DNA of 64,000 nt from Nemertoderma westbladi (Eukaryota > Animalia > Xenacoelomorpha). Below, piece by piece: positions 24,901-33,000 of the stretch (the first letter of the stretch is position 1; every line of letters begins with the position of its first letter). Made by a program: the position numbers and the translations under genes. The stretch spans positions 1 through 64,000 of the forward strand of contig JAUCBJ010007487.1 in assembly GCA_032718475.1 (NCBI GenBank). Direction: 5' to 3'. The notes beneath the pieces were generated by a model that saw nothing but the letters and a program-made list of their open reading frames with translations, had not been told where the DNA came from and did not search any database.

Positions 24901-27211
24901 GTATATAGCAAGGATATACGATCCCCTAGGCCTAGCATCCCCATTACTAGTCACGGGGAAACAGATACTCAAGAGAGTATATAAGTTGAAGGATGAGTGG
25001 GATGTAGAGGTACCAGAAGACATCAAGAAACAGTGGAGCAAATGGACAGGAGACTTGGAGAGGATGGGAACATACAACATGCCGCGAGTGTATTTCCCGG
25101 ACGGGAACATGACGAATCTGGACCTACATATGTTCTCCGACGCATCGTTAGAGGCATACGGAGCGGCACTCTATTTAGTACAACGAGAGGGGCCTCACAA
25201 GCCCAGACTAGCCTTTAGCAAAGCTAAGTCAACGCCGCCAGATTCAGCATCTGTTCCCAAGTTAGAATTGACAGCTGCGAGACTAGGAGTTAGAGCCACA
25301 GCCTACCTAGTGGATACAATTCCCAACATAGTGGAGACACACTACTGGACGGACTCCATGGTAGTGCTTGGTTGGCTACACAACGAAAAGACGAGATACC
25401 CGATATTCGTCGCGAATAGAGTGGACGAAATAAGGGCGAGCACAGAACTGGAAAGGTGGCACTACTGCCCAACAGATGAGAACCCAGCGGACTTGCTGTC
25501 GAGGGGCGTGGAACGCCACACTTTCCTGAAGAAGGAAGTATTGTGGCAACATGGGCCACAATTTCTGAGCGATAGAGAGGCCTGGCCGCCGATGAAGAAG
25601 GTGGACCCGGGCTCGGAACCAGTATCAGAAGGAGAGGGAGATTCAGAGGGAGAAGAGATATACTCCCAGATGGTGAGGGAGATCAGGGACGTGCAACCAG
25701 GAAGGGAACTGTGCGATAACCCGACGGATAAACTCCTCAGCTACAGTTCTAGTTGGTATAAGACCAAGAAACTAGTGGCGTACTGGAGAGCCTTTGGGAA
25801 TTTCCTTGCGGGGGTCGGCAAGGACAAGAAGACCAGGACAACCATAGATCTGGAAGGAGCGGCCAAGGCAGTGATCCGCTATGAACAACGCAAGAACTAC
25901 GGCGACGAGGTGGAACGCGTCGGTAACCAACAGCACCTCCGACGGGATAGCGAGTTGATCACGCTGTCGCCACAACTCAACGAGGATGGGATTCTAGTAA
26001 TGAATTCTAGGGTGGGATATAACAACAGTATAGTCGTGCCACCGAAACCCATCATCATTCCCACAGGATCGCCTATAGTCCACCAGATCATATGGGACTC
26101 CCACAAATCGATACTGCATGGGGGCACCAACCGAACCCTCACAGAGATAAGAAGGACCTATTGGGTCAAACAATTAAGGAAAAAGGTGAAAGCGGTAGTG
26201 GGGCAGTGCCAGACCTGCCGACGAGCGAAGAAGGAGCGAGCCGTACAGGAGATGGCGCCACTACCGGCGAGTAGGGTAAGACAGCACGACCCGCCATTTA
26301 CGCATTGCGGTGTGGACATGTTCGGGCCGATAAAGATCAAAGTGATGCGACACACGGAGAAACGTTACGGCATTATCTTCGTATGCAACAATACGCGGGC
26401 GGTGGGGATAGAACTCGCCCAAGATGCAACCGCATCAGCGTTCATTAACGCCTTAGAAAGGTTTAGGGACCGCAAGGGTGGGACGATCGCAGTGATATAT
26501 AGCGACAACGGCACCAACTTTGTGGGCGCAGAGAGTGAGATGGCAGAGGCCTTAGACATCTTGGAGGGAGAAGAAGTCAGGGCGGCCATGAGAAGACGAC
26601 AAGTGAAGTGGGAGAGAAGGACGCCGTATGCACCACATACATTAGGATGCGTCGAGAGACTCGTGGGCAGTTCAAAACGTCTAATGACGAAGCTGATGAA
26701 CACCCACATGGTCACTGAAGACGTCTTACGGACAGTACTTGCGAAGTGCGAGGGGATCATTAATAGCAGACCGCTATACCCGGAGAATGATGACCCTGAG
26801 TCATTAGACGTGTTGACGCCTAGCCATTTCCTGATGGAAAGGCCAGCGACCATCGATATGCGGGGTGTAGACCCAGATGATATACACTCCCGCCAAAGTT
26901 GGAAAGTAGCTAAAGCAATTAGCGCAGAGTATTGGAGAAGGTGGGTAGAGGAATACCTACCCACGCTCCATAAGCGAAGCAAGTGGAGGAAGCCAAACAG
27001 GGAGTTGAGAGAGGGAGATCTCGTAATCGTCACGGATGATACTATCATCAACAACCAATGGCAGTTGGCGAGAGTTGTAGGCACCTACTCCGACGAGGAC
27101 GGAAGAGTCCGATCGGTAGAAGTGCGGATAGGTGGAAAGATAGGTGCGAAGGACAGAAAAACCTACAGGAGAGCAGTAGGTAAATGCTGTCTCTTAGAAG
27201 GAGCACCTTAG
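21821..27211 (+). CDS. Element A Gag-Pol (Gag core, CCHC knuckle, protease, RT, RNase H, integrase)
   Basis: ELPPVEPFKFDG (Bel gag), CSRCVKSGHKAREC, LVDSGA (PR), YYLPLH..KLRMVVDAS and FYVDDG (RT), MFSDAS/PKLELTAA/WTDS/NPADLLSRG (Pao RNase H), HKSILHGG..CQTC, GVDMFGP, SDNGTNF, VERLV (IN), WRRWVEEYLPTL. Confidence 0.97.
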   Translation: MYGPQHININPSTRHTGGGGGQGDIPPSQYQQYTPTGTRTTRPLDENRSCDTDIWRGPLPPMTYPSQRRLRNRTDEPHQTGETIQHPSNPLEAQAMGMATLIDALKTRIELPPVEPFKFDGSRPEEYLQFRRMYSNEILTKNLTQAECLKYLQVYTGGPAYDIVRQYQGIEGGFTTAWRALDREYGHPAKIIRQTLRGITSGGLQDNPVSIKTFANKVEKALIVLKTLDAPYELNASNNITTIAQALPSWLRNKWRKIAFSTRDKKGAEPGLEEMSNFLNYEAELITDPVYSEDSLGKGPKTDYHRPKPEYNTSNALPRLRQSLPYAATQGTASPQTNEDKTTSRDVQGNNNNMNKHNPSTSSRPNPVNKNSRDFGTNITAIRNALYKEGYDPKSKCQLHANALHKTMNCRYWQALPRQDQIDYASSNKICSRCVKSGHKARECQEKPVKFGQRRGQTMATSTVGAKKRGTVLLGVVPVRVIGEGNRSVTTLMLVDSGAAFTLVEEWVAEEIGLRTRPSRMAVTTISSKDEILEMRTGRCAIAAVAPGCDYGATIDPIQVIESININARRPTNIEVEQYKFLDNIDFSIPDVDVRKVSIIVGMDCPTAHERMQTVFGEDKQSDPVAILTPFGWTLSGPIKSKIPFRMSETSGCMFAGTMQEMGDEGAEEQLKRLLRQDFEGLKETGVGTSVEDKQALQSVEESMTCDEGRYTIGMVWKLPKIPLPDNRGMVLTRLRKLKQTLQRSPEKNEYIHKTIKKYVEKGWAVELPVDEPNTDRTYYLPLHVALDPKKGKLRMVVDASAKTDGKCLNDYLLEGPNIYNSGIEVLLRFRNGKHAFTCDIEGMFNQVRVTEEDSDSQRFLWYNGEEEPPVIPAYKMVVQNMGAKSSSFTTTMAVRDTVKGKEDRYSSRAVDMIRRGFYVDDGMESGNMVEEILETGREVRDILKGSGFNLTKFQSSSEEFIKEIEDKKPESTMDNPTTAKGQDMANKRTQSQQKALGIVWDRGTDELKYQLSQEGADTHTKRGYVSYIARIYDPLGLASPLLVTGKQILKRVYKLKDEWDVEVPEDIKKQWSKWTGDLERMGTYNMPRVYFPDGNMTNLDLHMFSDASLEAYGAALYLVQREGPHKPRLAFSKAKSTPPDSASVPKLELTAARLGVRATAYLVDTIPNIVETHYWTDSMVVLGWLHNEKTRYPIFVANRVDEIRASTELERWHYCPTDENPADLLSRGVERHTFLKKEVLWQHGPQFLSDREAWPPMKKVDPGSEPVSEGEGDSEGEEIYSQMVREIRDVQPGRELCDNPTDKLLSYSSSWYKTKKLVAYWRAFGNFLAGVGKDKKTRTTIDLEGAAKAVIRYEQRKNYGDEVERVGNQQHLRRDSELITLSPQLNEDGILVMNSRVGYNNSIVVPPKPIIIPTGSPIVHQIIWDSHKSILHGGTNRTLTEIRRTYWVKQLRKKVKAVVGQCQTCRRAKKERAVQEMAPLPASRVRQHDPPFTHCGVDMFGPIKIKVMRHTEKRYGIIFVCNNTRAVGIELAQDATASAFINALERFRDRKGGTIAVIYSDNGTNFVGAESEMAEALDILEGEEVRAAMRRRQVKWERRTPYAPHTLGCVERLVGSSKRLMTKLMNTHMVTEDVLRTVLAKCEGIINSRPLYPENDDPESLDVLTPSHFLMERPATIDMRGVDPDDIHSRQSWKVAKAISAEYWRRWVEEYLPTLHKRSKWRKPNRELREGDLVIVTDDTIINNQWQLARVVGTYSDEDGRVRSVEVRIGGKIGAKDRKTYRRAVGKCCLLEGAP

Positions 27212-27325
27212 AGCGGAGTTAGTGTGGAGTTTAGTCGTCCAAGTTTTGGACTGAGGGGGGTGGGATTGAGGGCGAGACGCCCTTCCCACACAAATAAAAT
27301 AAAATAATAAAATAAAATAAAAATA

Positions 27326-27900
27326 AGAGTTAGTTAGTTAGTTAGTAGGTACGTAGTACCTAAAGTTAGTTAGTTAGTAGGTACGTAGTACCAATAGTTA
27401 GTTAGAGTTAGAGGGTACGTAGTACCGAGAGTTAGAGAGTTAGCAGGTACGTAGTACCTAGTTAGAGTTAGAGTTAGAGGGTACGTAGTACCGATAGTTA
27501 GAGAGTTAGTAGGTACGTAGTACCTAGTTAGAGTTAGAGTTAGAGGGTACGTAGTACCGATAGTTAGAGTTAGTAGGTACGTAATACCTAGTTAGAGTTA
27601 GAGTTAGAGGGTAGGTAGTACCGATAGAGTTAGAGTTAGTAGGTACGTAGTACCTAGTTAGAGTTAGAGTTAGAGGGTACGTAGTACCGATAGTTAGAGA
27701 GTTAGTAGGTACGTAGTACCTAGTTAGAGTTAGAGTTAGAGGGTACGTAGTACCGATAGTTAGAGAGTTAGTAGGTACGTAGTACCTAGTTAGAGTTAGA
27801 GTTAGTAGGTACGTAGTACCTAGTTAGAGTTAGAGTTAGTAGGTACGTGGTACCTAGTCAGAGTTAGAGTTAGAGGGTACGTAGTACCATTAGTTAGAGA
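27326..27900 (+). repeat. Internal tandem array of GGTACGTAGTACC mini-hairpins separated by GTTAGA-type spacers
   Basis: ~17 copies of GGTAC-GTA-GTACC at 30-34 bp spacing, partly as a 66-bp dimer. Confidence 0.9.
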
Positions 27901-28400
27901 GAGAGAGTAAGAGGTAAAAGGGGTAAATAGGATATAGATATTAGTTAGCAGTAAGTAGAGTTAGTAGCGAGAGGGGGGCATATGAGTGCAGCTGGATAAA
28001 TCGTGTGGCCACACGACGCATACTGCTGTACTGCATGGGCCCACTGAGTAGGCCAGAATATGGATCAGAGAGAGAATAGAATAAATCCATAGGCAGTAGT
28101 AAGTAGTAGGACAGTAGAATCAAAGCAAAATAAATAAATAAATAGAATAGGGCTAAAATCGGAAAATAGTGGTAACACAAGGAAAGTCGTTCTAGAACAT
28201 AATAAAAGTAACGGACGGAAATTGTAAATTAGGCTGATTTACTAGCTCCGAAATTAATTAGATTAAATTAAGCTTGAAAGGCGCAGTTAAGTAGAAAAGT
28301 AGGCCATTATCGAACTGTACGAAACATCTTAATACATCACTCATCTGTATTGCGCCTTGGTAAGGCACCACCCTACAGGTGAGCGAGTGTAGTGTTCGGA

Positions 28401-30935
28401 ATGGCGAGTAAGCTGATCAGGAAGAGAAAGGCGGAGTCAGGAGGAAAAGAAATATTGGTGGATTTCACCGAAAGACACCCGGAGGAGAAGACGAGAGGAT
28501 ACTACGAGAGGTTGGAAAGGGGTCACGCGGCACGAGCGCTGCAGGATCACTTCCGGGAGGCGCACGAACAGCGGTTGGTCGGGACCTACGGGACGCCGTC
28601 GCTGGACAACGCGATCTTCCAACACTTCCACTACGTGGTGAAAGGAGACGAAGCGAAGTTCGGGATTCCGAAGTATCCGAGGGAATCGCCGAGGAAGGAC
28701 TGGAAAAGATTCATAGAGTCCGTCAACAGAGGAGGATATATGATCCTAGATGACGAGGGAACCGTGGAGGACGAAGCGGGTTCAAGACGAGGAACGGCAG
28801 GGTCGGCCAGGACCATACTCCTACATTTGGCCGCGCCGAATGGGGACATCTTCTTATTCGACCTAGGGACGTATGGGAAGAAGGACGGGCCGAAATTAGA
28901 CCTACAGCCGAAAGCGGTACAAGTCTTAGTAAGAGAGAAGTCGACGACGAAAGTGGGATCGGCGATTCGCGAGGACGCGGAGAGGATCATCGGTCCGGAC
29001 GCCACCAACCTCCTGGATATGCAGAAAGTCTTTATGGCTATGACGGCACCGGATGGATTGGGGGTGGTCGAGAACTCAGGCCAATGCGGGGCGGTGGCGA
29101 TGGGCCAATTATTGGGGCTCGTATGCCACAAACCAATGGATTGGGGGAAGTTTAGGGAAGAATACGGAGCAGAACTAGCGAACTCGCTGAAGTGGGGAGC
29201 GAGACCTGGAAAGCAGGAGGTATATCAGTTTCGCAGAGGAGCGATAAAGGTATATCAGAAGCGATATATCCTGCAGGAGGACTGGATGATGATAAGTCTG
29301 CTTAACTTATTCATGACCGTAGTTATCGAAAGGGAACCAGGGGCATTTCTGTTATCGGGATCACCCCTAAGCTACAGGAGAGCCTTTAAGACGGCCTTTG
29401 ATGGTCTGGTAGACCACCCGGGGCTGAAGGGCGAGTCGGTGTACTACAACAGCCGACATCTGGTAGATGGGGAGACAGATACACCGTATCAGAGATGGGA
29501 GCAGCTAGAGATGGACAGACGAGAAGCAAAGCAACTGGAAGAAGTCGCTAGACGGGAGAGGATAGAAGCAGAGGAAAGGGAAGAGGAGGCCAGGGCACAG
29601 AGCTATGGCTTCGAGGAACAGGCGGGCCTAGACGAGCTTCATTGGACTTCGTCAGGGAGTTCGGGGGAGTCTCTAGGGCGAGAATTGGGATGGACGGTGG
29701 GATCGCCGAAACAGTCGACGTCGGGGTTGCAAACGATGCCCATGCCAGCGGGCGCCGAGGGCGACCAACCGCCAAGGAAGTTAAGGGAGCTAGAGGGATG
29801 GAGAGCTACGGGCGAGAGCCAAGGCGGGAAGGGACATAGTGGATCCATCGGGATACCGGGATTGGAGACACTACCGGAAGAGGAGGACGACGACGACGAG
29901 TTCGGAGAGATGCCGCCCATCGAAAGGATAGGCCACTCGGACACAGACTGGGTTGGCGGAAGGGTGGTGACGGCCAGTGGGGCGAGGGCCTTCTGGAACA
30001 GATCCGGCAAGCGGACCTGGGTGCACGAGGGGCCGGCGATGGATTTCGCGGGGAGCACCATCAGGTTGGGCAAGCAACCGGGAACGGCACCACGGATAGT
30101 ATTCGGGGAGACGATGCCCGAAAAGGGCGGAGAGATAGACGTAAACAGGGAGAGCAACGTGGAGAAGTTTGCCTACCAGCGACTCCATAGACCGCGGAGA
30201 TCGCTTGGGACGAAGGACGAGGTGGGACGCGAGACATTGGTACTCGGCTGCGACTACTGTGGGAGACAGACCCATCGGGAAAGCAGCTGCCTATACCGGT
30301 TCCAACGGGGAACCTTTTGTCTCTACTGCAGAGAACCAAGTCACAGGATGGGGGCGTGTCCACGGTTGCATAACCGATGTCCAAAGTGCCACTTTCGGGG
30401 ACACTACGGACGCGAGTGCGACTGGATGAGCGACGAGGAGAAGTTCACGAGGTTCGAGGAGTGGGCCGACGTCGGGGCCATGACGCGCCAGCGCATGAAG
30501 GCCCAAGAGTTCAAGTGGGGTTTCTTCCTCATAAACCAGGAGACCCACATGGAAATCATAAAGCGAAGGTTACCGTTTACCTATCAAGAGGTAGCTACGG
30601 CGGCATCGTTCGCCGGAGTTATGAACACGCAACGGTACCTGGACAGGTGGACACCAGAGAACCGGAGGGAGTTTAGGGATTTCTTGGCGGAACATGTACC
30701 AAAGGCAATGAAAATGATCCTATGGGACGCCACACGAGGGAGACAACCAGGCCATTCTGAGGGGCCACCGGCGAAGCGGTATCGGGCTTTAATAACACCA
30801 GCGCCCAAGGAGCCGACGACCGGGATCAGCAAGGAAGTGGCAGCGAAGGTCCGGAAGCAGAAAGCGGATGATGCCAGAGGAGCGGTGATAACCAAGAAAC
30901 GGGCCAGGGAAGAGGATGTGAGGAGGAACAGATAA
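28401..30935 (+). CDS. Element A ORF3: DEDDy-type 3'-5' exonuclease plus three CCHC zinc knuckles
   Basis: ExoI YMILDDEG, LLHLAAPNGDIFLFDL, ExoII KVGSAIRED, NLLDMQ, GxxAMGxLLGLxxxK, ExoIII-like QKRYILQED; knuckles CDYCGRQTHRESSC, CLYCREPSHRMGAC, CPKCHFRGHYGREC. First ATG 28401, ~22 nt after a candidate acceptor CCCTACAG (28378). Confidence 0.8.
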   Translation: MASKLIRKRKAESGGKEILVDFTERHPEEKTRGYYERLERGHAARALQDHFREAHEQRLVGTYGTPSLDNAIFQHFHYVVKGDEAKFGIPKYPRESPRKDWKRFIESVNRGGYMILDDEGTVEDEAGSRRGTAGSARTILLHLAAPNGDIFLFDLGTYGKKDGPKLDLQPKAVQVLVREKSTTKVGSAIREDAERIIGPDATNLLDMQKVFMAMTAPDGLGVVENSGQCGAVAMGQLLGLVCHKPMDWGKFREEYGAELANSLKWGARPGKQEVYQFRRGAIKVYQKRYILQEDWMMISLLNLFMTVVIEREPGAFLLSGSPLSYRRAFKTAFDGLVDHPGLKGESVYYNSRHLVDGETDTPYQRWEQLEMDRREAKQLEEVARRERIEAEEREEEARAQSYGFEEQAGLDELHWTSSGSSGESLGRELGWTVGSPKQSTSGLQTMPMPAGAEGDQPPRKLRELEGWRATGESQGGKGHSGSIGIPGLETLPEEEDDDDEFGEMPPIERIGHSDTDWVGGRVVTASGARAFWNRSGKRTWVHEGPAMDFAGSTIRLGKQPGTAPRIVFGETMPEKGGEIDVNRESNVEKFAYQRLHRPRRSLGTKDEVGRETLVLGCDYCGRQTHRESSCLYRFQRGTFCLYCREPSHRMGACPRLHNRCPKCHFRGHYGRECDWMSDEEKFTRFEEWADVGAMTRQRMKAQEFKWGFFLINQETHMEIIKRRLPFTYQEVATAASFAGVMNTQRYLDRWTPENRREFRDFLAEHVPKAMKMILWDATRGRQPGHSEGPPAKRYRALITPAPKEPTTGISKEVAAKVRKQKADDARGAVITKKRAREEDVRRNR

Positions 30936-31620
30936 GTTCCCGGAGACGAGGGAATGAGACTGAGACTGGGAAGTGGTGCGCCTGGAAGGCGCCGCATGTA
31001 ACGTACGAACTATTAAGTATAAATTTAATTAATGCAAATAACCATATAAGTGCAATTCGTATGTACGTACGTAGTGATTAGCAGTAAAATACATACGTTT
31101 GGAGTAAGTACTATAGTCATACAACCTTTCTCAATTAGCTACTGGGACTGGGGGACAATTGACTATGGCACTATGGACGAGACAACTGACAATTTCACGC
31201 TTCTTGAGTGCGGCGGCACGAGAGGGGGGGAGGTTCGTCAGGAGAGATAAAACAGTCAAAGTGGAGTTGAGAATCGAAATAAGAGTGTGAAGTGCGGAGA
31301 GAGTGCGAGCGCAATTCTAGTGTGGGGGGGGGAGAATAAGAGGCTGAGTGAGGGACGAGGAGGTCCGGGGGTATGAGAGAGTTAGGGTGAGAGTAGAGGG
31401 GAGGTAGGGCGAAAGTGTTGGGGAAACAAAAATCGCGTGAAGAGGTGAGCGCGATCGGCCCGACATGAGACGCCAGGCACACAGGGTAGCGTTATCATAC
31501 CCATAGGGGGCGGCCTGGAAAGCCGGCTCCAAGAGAAAAGAATTCCACCCCACACCCGATACTAGATCGGGATCCAGCGGGATTGTAGCGCACTTTTTTG
31601 GTTGATGCTATCTTCTTACC

Positions 31621-31642
31621 GGGAAGATAGCATGGGGGGGAG
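31621..31642 (+). promoter_or_regulatory. Element A polypurine tract
   Basis: GGGAAGATAGCATGGGGGGGAG abuts the TG of the 3' LTR. Confidence 0.85.
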
Positions 31643-32180
31643 TGTTAGCTTATTCAATCCCGCCAACACCCCATAAAGTTATTAGCCGATAAGCAATATT
31701 GGGAGCCACGAGATTGGGCAATTAACCAACTCGTGCCATCCCAATAAGAGTGGGAAGGAAGCACACAATAGAGGGTCAGGGGCCAAACCCCTAACCCAGA
31801 GAGAACAGGTGGAGTGAACGGGAATACTCCACGGGGCGCCAACAAGGGTATTAACCAATCAGAGGGGGGAATGGCATCGATTGAGTAGCAGTAAGGCCAC
31901 CGTGCAATATAACCAATAACCTATTAATCAGTGATTCAGTTATCTCAGTGCAGCAGTGCTAGCGTAGGGTACAGCCAATTAGTTTAGTTAGGGGATCACG
32001 GGACTTTAGTTACCGTATCCCGCCTACCGTATAATTCACAATATATCTATATCCTATAACCTATTATTATACACCGAACTTCAGAACTCAATTATCTTTA
32101 TTTCACTCTTATACACGGCGGGGACGCGTGGACTAAATACCACATCGGATAAATCGGGATCCCTCCTGGATCCCGTCACA
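31643..32180 (+). repeat. Element A 3' LTR (538 bp)
   Basis: Direct repeat of 17919-18456, followed by TSD GACAC. Confidence 0.97.
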
Positions 32181-33000
32181 GACACCTCCAATGTTATATA
32201 GTGTCTGGTTGGAGATGTGTGCATTGTACTTGACACAGTGAACCCGGCGTAGCATTCTTGTGAATGTGCCATCCAGAGATTTGGTGTCCTCAGCAGTTAG
32301 AGCCCAGCATGGACTCCCATTGAGGAGTACTGGAACTACTGCTGCTCTTAATAATCGGACCTTAATTTTCCGATTAATTCTCTTTGAATTCCAAATGATG
32401 GAAAGCCTATTCAAGGCTGCCCATGCCTTTCCCTTACGTATTCGAAGGTCCTCACCTGACTTCCGGATCCATGATCCCAGGTAACCGAAGTCGTCCACAT
32501 GCTTAAGCATACCATCCTTTGAGCTTATGCTCATCCGGTCAGAGACTTGCTGAGGACTTTCAAAGTTAACTGTCAAAATTTTGGTCGTTTTGGAGTTAAT
32601 AAAAAGACCAACACTAGAAGCAGCCTGTTCTAATGAGCTGAGGAGCCGTTGGGCTCCATCTAGTGATTCTGAGAGTGATCCTAACTCATCAGCAATTAAT
32701 GCTCTTTGCAGCAGCATTCACTTCTGCAAAGGAGATATCGCCAATGGCAATATCTGGGAGTACAGACTCAGACACTTTTACTTCTATAAAGTTATCAGGC
32801 AATACCCTGTCATTATTGAGGAGCTTTTCAAAGTGGGCCTTCCAACCATTGAGGCGATCGGCTGGTGATTCTCCCTTAACATTGGTGTTTGGTTGGCTTT
32901 TCCGCCCAGTAAGCAAGTTGATCGATTTCCATGCCTGGGATGATTGCCTGCTGTCGTCAGCGTCATTGATGGCATCAACCTGTTGGTTTATTAGCTAACA
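32181..33000 (-). mobile_element. RTE-like LINE, internally deleted RT portion (continuation of 17640-17918)
   Basis: IADELGSLSESLDGAQRLLSSLEQAASSVGLFINSKTTK, DFGYLGSWI, IRKGKAWAA, KIKVRLLRAAVVPVLLNGSPCW, LDGTFTRMLR, WKAHFEKLL. Confidence 0.85.

Larger units (their letters stand above)
17919..32180 (+). mobile_element. Full-length Bel/Pao LTR retrotransposon A (14.26 kb)
   Basis: TGT...ACA LTRs at 17919-18456 and 31643-32180; 5-bp TSD GACAC (17914-17918, 32181-32185); Gag-PR-RT-RH-IN with Bel/Pao motifs; PPT before the 3' LTR. Confidence 0.97.

Noticed and set aside
27326-27900. CRISPR-like or telomeric array
   Set aside because: Spacers are repetitive rather than unique, the context is eukaryotic with no cas genes, and GTTAGA is not a canonical TTAGG/TTAGGG tract.
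28401-30935. env gene in the third-ORF position
   Set aside because: No signal peptide or transmembrane anchor seen; motifs fit an exonuclease with zinc knuckles.
18505-30997. Many minus-strand ORFs within element A (and similarly element B)
   Set aside because: Antisense shadows of long purine-rich sense ORFs; Ser/Leu/Pro-rich with no motifs.
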